64,000 nt of DNA from Octopus sinensis (Eukaryota), in NCBI RefSeq assembly GCF_006345805.1, contig NC_043013.1, positions 50,344,001-50,408,000 of the forward strand. Reading direction: 5' to 3'. Within the stretch, counting starts at the first letter, position 1. Each line of letters opens with the position of its first letter. Shown in pieces: positions 27,287 to 43,188 of this stretch. A program made the position numbers and the translations under genes. The notes beneath the pieces were generated by a model. The model ran no database searches. It was given only the letters and a program-made list of their open reading frames with translations, and was not told the origin of the DNA.

Positions 27287-28149
27287 TATTATATTATTAT
27301 TATTATTTTATTGTTATCATTACTCAAATTCCGACTAGGACGACTTTGCCTTTCATCCCTTCGGGTCGGTAGATTAAATACCAGTTAAACCCTGGGGTCA
27401 ATGCAATCGACTAGTCCCCTCTCATCGATTTTCAGGCCCTGTGCCTTCTTTGGAAAGGATTATTATTATTATTGCTTGTTTTGCAACACCCCATCTCCTC
27501 TCCCGCCACCTCCTCTCCCGCCACCTCCTCTCCCGCCACCGTCAAATGTATTTAGCGAATGAACACCAACAAGTCACCGCGTCCATTATCATTAATGATA
27601 TTGCCTCCATCTTTATCCGTTATTTTCTCATTATTATTTTTTTGTTTTTGTTTTCTCCTTTTGAGAAAAAGAAGATAAATAAACGTGGAACATTATCAGA
27701 GCAGAGTAACAGTTTCAGGAAATTCCAGAACCATCTGCCGTTAACAAAAAACGAAAAGAATTGAAAAACAAACCAAAACAAAGAATCGTCGTCCGTCTCC
27801 CTCTCAAGAAAAAGAGAGAAAAAAACAAAAAACGAAACACCCAGCGACAAATAAGACAAGATAAGAGAAAAATAAATGGAGAAGAGAGAACTGGGAAGGA
27901 ATGACAATAAAAGCGACAGAGCAGTTTGATGTTGGTCTTAAGAATCGGAACATTTAAAGACTCTCAACTGAACGGCGGCTTTGAAAAGGAATACGGAATT
28001 CTGGGAAATGATTGTTGCAATTGAAACGGTTCAGATGTAATCTCCGGGGCTGTTTGGGAAAAAGTAGAAGTGGGAGGAAGAGGCAGATAGTGAAATCACT
28101 ATCTGTTCTCGTATGTATGTATGTATGTGTGTATGTATGTATTTATGTA

Positions 28150-28205
<56 letters not shown>

Positions 28206-28283
28206 GCATGCGTGTGTCTTTATGTATATAAGTATGCACATATGTGTCTGTCTATCAGTCTATCTATCTGTCTATCATTTATC

Positions 28284-28351
<68 letters not shown>

Positions 28352-28576
28352 ATCTATCTATCTATCTATCTGTCTGTCTGTCTGTCTGTCTGTATGTCTG
28401 TCTGTCTCTCTCTCTCTATCTATCTGTCTATCTGTCTGTCTATCTCTCTTTCTATCTATCTATTTGTCTGTCTGTCTGTCTCTCTCTCTCTCTATCTCGC
28501 TCTCTCTCTCTATCTAATTATCTATCTATCTATATGCCTGTCTATCTGTCTGTCTATCTGTCTCTATCTATCTATT

Positions 28577-28631
<55 letters not shown>

Positions 28632-29908
28632 ACATGTATGCATATATGTACATGTATATATGTATATGTGTGTGCGCGCGCTTGTGTGTATGTATATATG
28701 CGTGTATTTGTATGTATGTATGTATGTATGTATGTATGTATGTATGTATGTATGTATGTTTGTATGTATGTATGTATGTATGTATGTATGTATGTATGTA
28801 TGTATGTTTGTATGTATATATATGTATATATATTTATATATATACACATCTGTAAACAGAAATGTTTGTATGTTTTGCTGTCTACTACGCTTCACTCATA
28901 AACATATCTGATATCAATAAAGCGTGTGTAACTCTGTGTGTTAGTGTTGGATGAGATAGAATGAGACGGAGGAGGAGGAGGAGGAAGAGTGTTGAGAGAA
29001 TGGCAGTGTGGGGGAATGAGTGATGTTAATAATGCTGGAGGTGGAGATGGAGGTGGTAGTGTGTGTGTGTGGGGGAGGAGGGGAAGACAGAGCATGAAAT
29101 AAGAGGTAAAGAAAAAAAAACCCCACAAACCTCATTTTCAATGCAGGGTGTAGGCGAACAAATTGTTGCTGATAACTAGTTTGCGATGGTGATGATGATG
29201 ACGATGATGAATGTGATGGTGGTTACCATGACAATGACGACGACAATACTACTATTGCTGCTGCTGCCGATGATGATGATGATGACGACGACGACGACTT
29301 CCACCACCGCAGGTTGTGGTGACGGTAGTGATGTATCAAGATGTCGGATCATCTAAAGGATAAACACGTTCTTCACGGGAGTACATAAACGAATGTATAT
29401 ATTTATACATCAATACACGTGATGTATGTACTGCACATATAAAGCAGCAAATTGGTTGGATCATTTTGAATGTCATACAGAATAACCCGCGAAATTCGTT
29501 CTAGTCCTCTGTGCTTTGAGTTCAAACTCTGCCGAGGTCATCTTTGTTTTTTCTTTCGGAGTTGATACATAAAATGACCAGTCCAGTATTGGACTTGATT
29601 CTTGTCTTTCACTCAACAAGAATTCGTCACTGTTTAGTTCCAAGGAAGGACAGGTCCCGACAGATTTAAAATGCCGAAAACCCGCTCTATGTAGCGACAG
29701 TGCAACCGTGCTTCCGCCAGGAGTTGAGGACCCAAAGAAGTAAGGCAGGAGAATACCCATTTCATGTAGTCATCTGATCAGGTCTGATCCAGCGGCGTTG
29801 GTGTATGTGGGCAATGGATTGAACACTGGAGTTGAACCAGAGATATAGCGTGTCTTTTCCCGCTTCGTTAACCACTACGCTGAGCAACGCCAGGCTTATT
29901 GTCGCTGT

Positions 29909-30518
29909 TTAATCCTTTAGCATTTAAACCGGCCAAATTTGGTCAAAATATTCTACTTGCTTTATGTTGAAACTGGCCAGATCTGGCCTCTCCTACCTTC
30001 CATACAACGTCATTTTAAACATAAACAATAACATCATCAAAATCTCAGTTACATGATACTCTTTTACTCTTTTACTTGTTTCAGTCATGTGACTGCGGCC
30101 ATGCTGGAGCACCGCCTTTAGTCGAGCAAATCGACACCAGGACTTATTCTTTGTAAGCCGAGTACTTATTCTGTCGGTCTCTTTTGCCGAACCGCTAAGT
30201 TACGGAGACGTAAACATACCAGCATCGGTTGTCAAGCGACGTTAGGGGGACAATCACAGACACACAAACATACACACACATACATATATACGACGGGATT
30301 CTTTCAGTTTCCGTCTACCAAATCCACTCACAAGGCTTTGGTCGGACCGAGGCTATAGTAGAAGACACCCAAGGTGCCACACAGTGGGACTGAACCTGGA
30401 ACCATGTGAGTGGTAAGCAAGCTACTTACCACACATCTATTCCTATGCCTATGATGATGCATAATTAATTCAAAATAGCGTTACATTTGACAGAATAATC
30501 TGAACACTAGAGGGTTAA
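29909..30518. mobile_element. TTAA-flanked MITE interrupted by a SINE
   Basis: TTAA|TCCTTTAG...CTAGAGGG|TTAA, with a family-C SINE at 30059-30449(-) flanked by atgat-like duplications. Confidence 0.6.
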
Positions 30519-30929
30519 TCCCTGGTTAATTCTGATTAAGAAGATCCATGATCAAAGCCGTTCCGGTTATGGACATCCTGTCTTTCCTCAAGCATTGTGC
30601 ATCTAAAGCGATATCACCTACTGTGTACCTCCTTATTTCTTTTCTGTTTTTGCAATCGGTAGGGTATGATTTGAGGTTAGAATTAGCTGCTATTTCTAGC
30701 AGCCGGTCCATTGCTTTATCTGGCTAATATTCAGAAAATCCACTGGCGAGGAATTCGTTTACTTATGCTGACCATTATTGTAACGATGCATTCAAAGAGA
30801 AACAGAGAGAAAGGGAAGATAGAATCATGTTAGTGTGTGAATGAGTGAGGTGTAAGAATAAATAGAGGAGAAGGAAAGCTAGACACAAACTACAGGGAAG
30901 GATAACGTAAAGAAGGGGACGTAATTAAT

Positions 30930-31120
30930 TTTTTTCACAACCATCGGAACGCGAAGCGCTCCTCACGAACGCACGTTCGTGAGATGGTTGTGATATATAA
31001 ACAATTTTTAATAGGAACCGGAAAGCGAAGTATGAACACGCAATGCGCATTTGCTCACTGGATTCATAAAACGGAAGACAAGAATAAAAGTGCAATGCGC
31101 ATGTCAAAGTATAACGGAAG
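30930..31120. promoter_or_regulatory. Possible CpG-rich regulatory island (ETS/NRF1-like motifs)
   Basis: The pair caatgcgcat ... aacggaag occurs twice, plus accggaaag and an interrupted palindrome, in otherwise CpG-poor DNA. Confidence 0.3.
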
Positions 31121-31199
31121 AGGGGAATAAAACAAGTTATATGGTAGTTTGCATGCTACGTTTGACACTTATACCACGCAGCTTTGCTGCAATTTTCTT

Positions 31200-31320
31200 G
31201 TTTTCAAATATGGATATGTGATGCGTATGGATTATGACAATTGGGTAAATAATTGCCAGGCAATCCAAGTAGATGGAAATTTCGGAAGAGAAAGAAAAGG
31301 TTGATGAAACTGATCTCCAA
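31200..31320 (+). mobile_element. RTE LINE C-terminal relic
   Basis: YGYVMRMDYDNWVNNCQAIQVDGNFGRERK resembles the RTE tail W.GHV.RM....RGRP. A second RTE tail (RGRPRTRWLDNI) lies at about 63345-63500. Confidence 0.6.
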
Positions 31321-31586
31321 ATTCTCAGTTATAGAGGATATGTGAACTGCCACGGATATGAACTACCGGAAGAAGATAAGAAAAAAAAGGCAAATTCTTA
31401 ATGCAAAATGGAATAAAAGAACGAGAATTAGGGGCATGAAAAGAGAAGCAAGAAAAAAGAATAACTGAATAAAGACAAAATGAAACACAAGAGGTGGATG
31501 GAATATAGCTTGAGGAAGAAAGAATTATTGAAACGCGCCAGGACTAAGTCGTAACATCTTTGACGATACCTCCGCTAGATACACGC

Positions 31587-31640
<54 letters not shown>

Positions 31641-32100
31641 CATAAAGCAAAGCAAGAGTTTGTTTATAGAATATTTATTTATACCAACTTACGCGTTTTC
31701 CATTAACAATAAATAAATATCAGTTATATAAGGAAAACACTTATTTTTATCAAAGTGCATTGTCATTTCTTCAGAAATTTTGCAACATTCATTAGTAACA
31801 ATTCATACTATGTAGACGACAGCATTGTCGTATAAATACTACGACTATATGTATATGTGTGCGTATACATGCATAGTTATAGGCATACAAACACATACAC
31901 ACACACGCACCACACACACACATTTATTTATGTATATATATATATATGTACCGGAGTAAACACATAAATGTGAAACAACGTGGAAAAAAGAGTACTCAAA
32001 TACCAGTGGTAGAGTAATATGCTTTATTCAAAGCAGCAGAAAATTCAACAAAACCTGTTACTCTGAGTTTCCCTTTGCCGTTCATCGGACAGTTTTTTGC

Positions 32101-32161
<61 letters not shown>

Positions 32162-32448
32162 TCTTTTATTCTTTTGTTTCAGTCATTTGACTGCGGCCAT
32201 GCTGGAGCACCGCCTTTAGTCGAACATATCGACCCCAGGACCTTTTGACTTGTAAGCCTAGTACTTGTTCTATCGGTCCATTTTTTTGTTGCCGAACCTT
32301 ATATTATATATATATATTATATATATATATATTATATATATATATATATTATTATATATATATTATATATATAATATATTATATATATAATATTCTATAC
32401 AATATATATATATATAGACATATAATATATATATATAATATATATATA

Positions 32449-32943
<495 letters not shown>

Positions 32944-33087
32944 AATCGCTAGCAAGTCACAAAAGTGACTCAAAGACCGAAAGTTTCGTGCACGGCTCTT
33001 ATCAGACTTATAATAACAATGAATATAAATTCATATATTTTGAGTTCTATCTCTCCCATCTGTCCTACCAAACCTATCCATCCCTCG

Positions 33088-33159
<72 letters not shown>

Positions 33160-33251
33160 GTACATATATATGTATACACATACACACATATATAAACATA
33201 TACATACATACATATATATATATATATGCATACATACCTACCAACATGCAA

Positions 33252-33282
<31 letters not shown>

Positions 33283-33409
33283 CACATACAGACACACACA
33301 CATATATACATGTATATATATATATACACACACACATATCAGTGACTGTTTCTTTGGATGCTTTATATCATTATTATTATTATAATTATTATTATTATTA
33401 TTATTATGA

Positions 33410-33469
<60 letters not shown>

Positions 33470-33539
33470 CTTATTATTATTATCATCATTATTATTATTA
33501 TTATTATTATTATCATTATTATTATTATTATTATTATTA

Positions 33540-33604
<65 letters not shown>

Positions 33605-34019
33605 ATAATTATTGTTATTGTTATTTCGTTCCCCGCTATTATGTTTGTCTTTGTTGTTGTCGAAGTCGAGTTATTGTCTGATGTATTAATTGTTATCTCT
33701 GGTCCGATACCTTCTCTTTCTGTTCAATAAACTAAACTCACTGAATATTGAAAATGGCGTATCAATAGCCAAACTACATATCGACGACAGCTGCTTCACT
33801 GATTCGAATTGTAATTTACTTCCTTCTCTCTTCCTTATTCTCATTCAACTCCTTCGTTTTCGTTTTCCTGGTTTCTTTCATTTAATCTCTTTCACTATCT
33901 CCCCCCTCTCTGTCTGGTATACAGAAAGTTAGGAACGAGATAAGCGGACATGTATGTATATAGGTTTGTATACATACATACATACATACATATATACATA
34001 CATACATACATACATACAG

Positions 34020-34078
<59 letters not shown>

Positions 34079-34225
34079 CACACATGTATATATATATATA
34101 TGAATATATATATGTATATATATATAATATATATACATGTGTATATATATGTATATATACATGCGTATATATATGAATATATATGATATATATATATATA
34201 CATATATATATTCATATATATATAT

Positions 34226-34257
<32 letters not shown>

Positions 34258-34441
34258 GTATATAGATATATATGAATATATATATGTAAATATATATAAC
34301 TATATACACACATGTACACAGACACACATACGCACACAAATATATATATATAAATACATATACATGCATAAATATATACATTCATACATACACGCATACA
34401 TACCTACTTGTATATGTATACATACCTGCATACAAACGTAC

Positions 34442-34513
<72 letters not shown>

Positions 34514-34517
34514 GTCT

Positions 34518-34558
<41 letters not shown>

Positions 34559-34790
34559 CATACATCGAGGTTTGGAAGAGAGTCCCATTGAGACAGACTG
34601 ATGAATGTACAACGATATATATATACATACATATACGCACATACGCACATACACTCACATACATATATATGAATCTGTATATAGATACATACGTATGGTT
34701 TTTGAAAGTATGTATATACATATGTATAGCCACTTACCTATATATACATATCATATGTAAATGTGTATGTATACACATACATATTTATAA

Positions 34791-34865
<75 letters not shown>

Positions 34866-34953
34866 TACATATATTTATATTCATACACACACACGCACAC
34901 TCACACACACTTATATACATGTAAATATACGTATATGTGTGTATAAATATAAG

Positions 34954-34985
<32 letters not shown>

Positions 34986-36173
34986 GCTACATATTCATAT
35001 ATGTGTATGTATAATTACATGTGTGTGTGCATGTGTATACACACACACCCTCTTAGACACATTTCTGTCAACTTCCATAAGCCAGACAATTTATTCGAAT
35101 TTCTGGGAATTGGCGACAAAATCGTTCAACAAAATCTGTTAAAAATATTCGATCATTGGGGAAGTGTGTGGCGTAGTATGGAGTGGTGATGGTGGCGGCG
35201 GTGGTGGTAGTCATAATGGTTGTGTTAATGAGTGGTGCTTCCAGTGGCTGTGCTACCTTCCGTTGTGGTTTTGGTGGTGGTGCTGGTGGTAGCATTTGTG
35301 TCTTTTTTTTGTGGGGGTGGTTTTGTAAACTGTAATGGTGGCGGTGGCGATGTTTTGGTAATGGTGTGTGTAGTTGTGTTAATTGTCTTTTTATATCAGG
35401 AAGAATTGAATGTATCACGTAGTATTTCTCAACCGTAGAGGCGCAATGGCCCAGTGGTTAGAGCAGCTGACTCGCGGTCGTAGGGTCGCAGTTTCGATTC
35501 CCAGACCGGACGTTGAGCGAAAATACCTAAAGCTCCATGAGGCTCAGGCAGGGAGTGGTAGCGAACCCTGCTGTGCTCTTTCACCACAACTTCCTCTCAC
35601 TCTTTCTTCCTGTATCTGTTGTACCTGTATTTCAAAGGGTCAGCCTTGTCACAGTTTGTTCACGCTGAATCTCTCCGAGAACTATGTTAAGGGTACACGT
35701 GTCTGTGGAGTGCTCAGCCACTTGCACGTTAATTTCACGAGCAGGCTGTTCCGTTGATCACATCAACTGGAACCCTTGTCGTCGTCGTAACCGACGGAGT
35801 GATACGATTTCTCAACCTTCATCTTTTCTATTCAACCATATGGAACCTCCATAGCTGTTCGCTATTTTCGAAAAAACCTATTATGTTTTCATAAGGAAAT
35901 AGGAATTGTCTTAAAAATCAGTTCAAATATTTGGCGTATTATTGAAGTGGAACCAATTTAGTATTCTTTTAATTTTTTACTTGTTTAAGTCATTTGACTA
36001 CGGCCATGCTGGAGCAAATCAACCCCAGGGCTTATTCTTTGTAAGCCTTGTACTTATTCTATCGGTCTCTTTGCCGAACTGCTAAGTTACGGCGACGTAA
36101 ACACACCATCAAGTGATGGTTGGGGAGACAATCACAGACACACACACACACACACACACCACACACACACACA

Positions 36174-36221
<48 letters not shown>

Positions 36222-36689
36222 GACGGGCTTCTTTCAGTTTTCGTCTACCAAATCCACTCACAAGGCCTTGGTCAGTACCAGGCTATAGTAGAAGACAGTG
36301 ACCCAAAGTGTCATGTAATGGGACTGTGGTTGGGAAGTAGGCTTCTTGTCACACAGTCACGCCTATAAATAAACAGGCCACTGTTTTCACTTGCGACTAC
36401 GTAATCTAAAATAATTAACGAAAGCATCATACATGCTACCTTGTCCTATTCTCTAACCGGCGGCGGCAGTGGAGATATTAGAACCAGGGTGTAGAGCAGA
36501 AAGTAAAGTTTGGTGACTGAACTAAAGAACTATGGACGTAATTATTTAAATAGTCAATATTTCGGGGGGTTGGGTGGCGTGGCGGTTGCTAAGGCGGCGA
36601 GCTGGCAGAATCATTAGCACGCCGGGCAAAATGCTCTCGCGGTAGTTCGTCCGTCTTTATGTTTTGGGTTCAAATTCCGCCGAGATCGA

Positions 36690-37714
36690 ACAAAACAAAA
36701 AAAAACTGTTTTCAGTCTTCTTTAAGAATGCTAACAAGTACAAAAATGAAGCCATCGTACCTGACAACTATGAAGAAAAAGAAGAAACAACAAAAGCTGT
36801 AAAACATTTGAAATCCAAACTAAAACTGGGACAGCAACGGATCATGATAAAACGAAGACAAGAAATCCCCCTTCATGGCAAATACTGGGCTAAACTAAAC
36901 AGAAAAGAAATGGACAAAGCAAGCTTCCAACAATAGCTGAGAAGCTCAGGACTTAAAGCAGAAACGGAAGGATTTTTAACTGCCGCGCAAGATCAAAGCC
37001 TCCCCACCAGAAATCAACAAAAACACAACATAAGAAATACAAGTAACTGCAAAATATGTGGAGATGGAGAAGAAACAATAAATCATATTGTCTCTGGTTT
37101 CCCAGTCCTGGCTAAGAAGGAATATATTCACAGACACAACAGAGCTGGGACCTATATACATTGGACGTTATGCCAACACTATGGAATATCAGCAGAAAAA
37201 AGATAGTTTAGGCACACGCCAGAAAAGGTCACCGAAAATGAGAAAGGACCCATGCTCTGGGATGTACCAATACACACAGATTGAGAAATTAAGGCCAATA
37301 GGCCGGATATAGTTATCAAAGATCACCAAGAAAAAATTGCTTTCTAATCGATGTATCAATACGAACAGATGACAATGTTTTTCAACAAGAATCGGAGAAA
37401 CTTTCAAAATACAAATATTTGGAAATGGAGGTAACTCAAATGTGGAGCGTAAAACCAGAAACAGTTCCTGTCATAGTAGACGCATTAAATATGATAAAGA
37501 AAAAAAGACATTCAGACAAATACATAACAAAGACACTAGGACTTAAAAGTATATATAACATAACGAAAATAGCACCTCTAGGCACCGTGCACATGCTACG
37601 TAAAACACTTTCAGTACAGTGAAAATAAGAGCATCACAACAAACCACAGCACAAACCCAAGGCACACAGAGCTGCACTCAATAGTGGTGAAAGCACGTGA
37701 TAAGAATAAGACTA

Positions 37715-37720
<6 letters not shown>
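36690..37720 (+). mobile_element. 5'-truncated R4/Dong LINE with 3' UTR and (AAT)n tail
   Basis: LHGKYW..LKAETEGFLTAAQDQSL..CKICGDGEETINHIVSG..RHN..LWDVPIHTD..ANRPDIV..KYKYLEMEVTQMW..IAPLGTVHMLRKTL*, followed by UTR and (aat)n. Confidence 0.92.
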
Positions 37721-37802
<82 letters not shown>

Positions 37803-38056
37803 TATCTGGCTGAAAACAATCCGATTGATGTATATAAAGAAGGAGAATAGCAATGTTTGTCATAAAAAAATCGTGTGTGCATATGTGTATGTATGTATAT
37901 GCATGTATGTATTTATGTTTGTATATAAAGAACTTGTTTATGACAATATTTGTCATAAACAAAGAGACCATCACCGAATGGAAGATTGGAAGAAACGCCT
38001 TCAGATTCCATAATAGTGATGGCAAATAGCAGCTGCCTTCTGGAAACGCAGAGCCA

Positions 38057-38745
<689 letters not shown>

Positions 38746-38781
38746 ATATCTGCAAAACTATTTTCTCTCCACATTTCCCAG

Positions 38782-38814
<33 letters not shown>

Positions 38815-40179
38815 ATGTATATATATATACACACCACACATCTACATATCTATTCATATCACTAACTCCCACCATCCCTTCCCTTTCCTCTTCTACCGCT
38901 CTCCCTCTCTCCGTCCCTCTCCCAACTCCTTTCCAACACACATTCAATAATATGTTTACTCGTTTACTAACAGCACATAAATGTTTTCTCAACATCATAC
39001 TCGCTTTTTCGTAGCGTCCATATTGGTTTAGATGTAACATGTTTCGTATCTTATATCTTTGTTTTATTTTACTGTATACATGTTTGCTTTGCAGCATATA
39101 TTATTCTTTTCTACTCTTGGCTCAAGGCCCAAAAAGTTTTGCAGGGGTGGGACCAGTCGATTAGATCAACCCCAGTATGCAACTGTTACTTAATTTATCG
39201 ACCCCGAAAGAATGAAAGACAAAGTCGACCTCGGCGGAATTTGAACCCAAAACGTAAAGGCAAACGAAATACCGCTAAGCATTTTACCCAGTGTGCTAAC
39301 GTTTCTTATTTCTTTGCTGCCTACAAGGGGCTACACACAGAGGGGACAAACAAGGACAGACAAACAGATTAAGTCGATTATATCGACCCAGTGCGTAACT
39401 CGTACTTAATTTATCGACCCCGAAAGGGTGAAAGGCAAAGTCGACCTCGGTGGAATTTGAACTCAGAACACAAAGACAGATGAAATACTTATTTCTTTAC
39501 TACCCACAAGGGGCTAAACACAGAAGGGACAAACACGGACAGACAAACGGATTAAGTCGATTATATCGACCCCCAGTGCGTAACTGGTACTTATTTAATC
39601 GACCCCGAAAGGATGAAAGGCAAAGTGGACCTCGACGGAATTTGAACTCAGAACGTAACGGCAGACGAAATACGGCTACGCATTTCGCCCGGCTAACGTT
39701 TCTGCCAACTCACCGCCTTGAGATGCATGGAATATTATTGCTTAACAGCATGTATATTTCTTTAATAGAATGGAAGGCTGTTAAGCTGCCTGTCTGTTTG
39801 TTTGGTAGCATATATTATCGCTTTGAAGCAGCATGTGTGTTTATTAGTAGCATGTTAGTTTAAAAGCATGTATGTTTGTATGTAGCATGTAATTTTGTTA
39901 CGCAGCACGTATGTTTGTTTGTCTGGCAGCATGTATGATTGCTTATAAGTAGCAATATGCGTTAGTTTGACACTAGCATATATGTTTTAGCAGCACGAAT
40001 ATTTGTTTAGTAGCGTATACGATTGCTTATATATTGTATATTTGTTTCTTTAACAGTTGCATGTATTTTATAGCTGCATGCACGTTAGTTTAGTAGCATG
40101 CACGATTGCTTAGAAGTAGCGTATATGTTTGTTTAGCAGCATGTATGATTACTAAGTAGCGTGTACACCTGCTTGATAG

Positions 40180-42110
40180 CATGTATATTTGTTTAGTAGG
40201 ATGTATAATTGCTCAGAAGTGCTATGTATGCTTGTTTAGTTTCCTGTGATTGTCTAGCCACATGTACTTTTGATCACAGTATACATGTTTGTTTAGCAGT
40301 ATGTATGATTGCTTAGAAGCAGCATCAACGATTGCTTTGAAGTAGTATATATGTGTGTCATATATATACTACATGTATATTTGTTTAGTAGGATGTATAA
40401 TTGCTCAGAAGTACCATGTATGCTTGTTTAGTTTCCGGTATGATTGTCTAGCCACATGTACTTTTGATCACAGTATACATGTTTGTTTAGCAGTATGTAT
40501 GATTGCTTAGAAGCAGCATCAATGATTGCTTTGAAGTAGTATATATGTGTGTCATATATATACTACATGTATATTTGTTTAGTAGGATGTATAATTGCTC
40601 AGAAGTACCATGTATGCTTGTTTAGTTTCCGGTATGATGTCTAGCCACATGTACTTTTGATCACAGTATACATGTTTGTTTAGCAGTATGTATGATTGCT
40701 TAGAAGCAGCATCAATGATTGCTTTGAAGTAGTTATATGTGTGTCATATAATACTACATGTATATTTGTTTAGTAGGATGTATAATTGCTCAGAAGTACC
40801 ATGTATGCTTGTTTAGTTTCCGGTATGATGTCAGCCACATGTACTTTTGATCACAGTATACTGTTTGTTAGCAGTATGTATGATTGCTTAGAAGCAGCAT
40901 CAATGATTGCTTTGAAGTAGTATATATGTGTGTCAATATATATACTACATGTATATTGCTTAGTAGGATGTATAATTGCTCAGAAGTACCATGTATGCTT
41001 GTTTAGTTTCCTGTGTGATGTCTAGCCACATGTACTTTTGATCACAGTATACATGTTTGTTTAGCAGTATGTATGATTGCTTAGAAGCAGCATCAATGAT
41101 TGCTTTGAAGTAGTATATATGTGTGTCAATATATACTACTGTATATTTGTTAGTAGGATGTATAATTGCTCAGAAGTACCATGTATGCTTGTTTAGTTTC
41201 CGGTATGATTGTCTAGCCACATGTACTTTTGATCACAGTATACATGTTTGTTTAGCAGTATGTATGATTGCTTAGAAGCAGCATCAATGATTGCTTTGAA
41301 GTAGTATATATGTGTGTCATATATATACTACATGTATATTTGTTTAGTAGGATGTATAATTGCTCAGAAGTACCATGTATGCTTGTTTAGTTTCCGGTAT
41401 GATTGTCTAGCCACATGTACTTTTGATCACAGTATACATGTTTGTTTAGCAGTATGTATGATTGCTTAGAAGCAGCATCAATGATTGCTTTGAAGTAGTA
41501 TATATGTGTGTCATATATATACTACATGTATATTTGCTTAGTAGGATGTATAATTGCTCAGAAGTACCATGTATGCTTGTTTAGTTTCCTGTGTGATTGT
41601 CTAGCCACATGTACTTTTGATCACAGTATACATGTTTGTTTAGCAGTATGTATGATTGCTTAGAAGCAGCATCAATGATTGCTTTGAAGTAGTATATATG
41701 TGTGTCATATATATACTACATGTATATTTGTTTAGTAGGATGTATAATTGCTCAGAAGTACCATGTATGCTTGTTTAGTTTCCGGTATGATTGTCTAGCC
41801 ACATGTACTTTTGATCACAGTATACATGTTTGTTTAGCAGTATGTATGATTGCTTAGAAGCAGCATCAATGATTGCTTTGAAGTAGTATATATGTGTGTC
41901 ATATATATACTACATGTATATTTGCTTAGTAGGATGTATAATTGCTCAGAAGTACCATGTATGCTTGTTTAGTTTCCTGTGTGATTGTCTAGCCACATGC
42001 ATTTTTGATCAGCAGTATACATGTTTGCTTAGCAGTATGATTGCTTAGCAGCAGCATCAATGATTGTTTTGAAGTAGCATACATGTGTGTCTTGCTACAT
42101 GTATGTTTTT
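40180..42110. repeat. Satellite array of about 10 x ~194-bp higher-order units, each of ~9 diverged ~21-bp monomers
   Basis: gcagcatcaa recurs every 188-194 bp from about 40320 to 42050. Monomer consensus is roughly catgtatgnttgyttagnag. Unordered monomers flank the array from about 39740 and to about 42180. Confidence 0.95.
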
Positions 42111-42888
42111 GTAGCACGTATAATTACTAATAGGGTGTAAGCGTGTTTTGCAGAATGTACGTTTGTTTAGTACCTTATGTATAACACTGTGTAACACGAT
42201 TTTGGTCCTTGAGTAGCAGCTGTTTTTTCCTATTTGCTTGTTCCGAGAAAGTATGAAAAACGGCTAATATTGCCTTCAAACTTTGCATTTGTTATACTTA
42301 TTCAATCCACCAAAGAATCCCTCTCAACACACGGCTATAAAGCTCCCCCACTATTCCTGCTTATTATCAGAGATGCACGTATTGTCATCCACTAAGGGAC
42401 ACGCTCAAGTGGTTTAAGGTCAAACAACTGACTCGAAAATCTGTTGTATTGAACTGAAAATTTGCTATAACGATATTTCCGCTTCAGCAACTCAGTGACG
42501 AATCTGTTTGAAATGTAATGGAAAACAGATCAGTTTTAAAAAATTGATGTTTAAGTCACAAAAGCAAACTTTGAAGGCAATAGTAGTCACTTCCTCTGAT
42601 TTCCTGATAGAAGCAAATCGGAAATTACATTTACAGACCAAAGACAAATAAATGAAATAACTGTAACACAGTGTAATTGCTTTTATGTTTCATGAATGTT
42701 TGTTAAGTAGCATGTGTGATTGTTTAGCAGCAAGTATGAAATTTCCTGGTTGTGATTCATGTGCCTAGTGTACCCTTTTCAGATGGGTAGTCATGATGGG
42801 TATACTGCGCTTCGTATATTGTACCCCAGTGTCATTCTGATAGCATGCACTGCTCTCTCGATCAATAATGATGATGATGATGATGATG

Positions 42889-42944
<56 letters not shown>

Positions 42945-42958
42945 AATAATAATAATGA

Positions 42959-42996
<38 letters not shown>

Positions 42997-43023
42997 TAAT
43001 AATAATGAGAATAATAATAATGA

Positions 43024-43078
<55 letters not shown>

Positions 43079-43152
43079 AATAATAATAATGAGAATAATA
43101 ATAATGAGAATAATAATAATGAGAATAATAATAATGAGAATAATAATAATGA

Positions 43153-43188
<36 letters not shown>

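Noticed and set aside
27496-27540. Three copies of the 15-bp unit ctcctctcccgccac
   Set aside because: A simple local slippage duplication.
31274-31401. Short ORF MEISEEKEKVDETDLQILSYRGYVNCHGYELPEEDKKKKANS
   Set aside because: It overlaps the RTE C-terminal relic in another frame and has no independent support.
37930-37965. 13-bp palindrome ttgtttatgacaa-tat-ttgtcataaacaa
   Set aside because: It is short, AT-rich and isolated, with no other evidence of function.
40180-42110. CRISPR-like array
   Set aside because: Whole units are repeated with no unique spacers, there are no cas genes, and the context is eukaryotic; it is a satellite.
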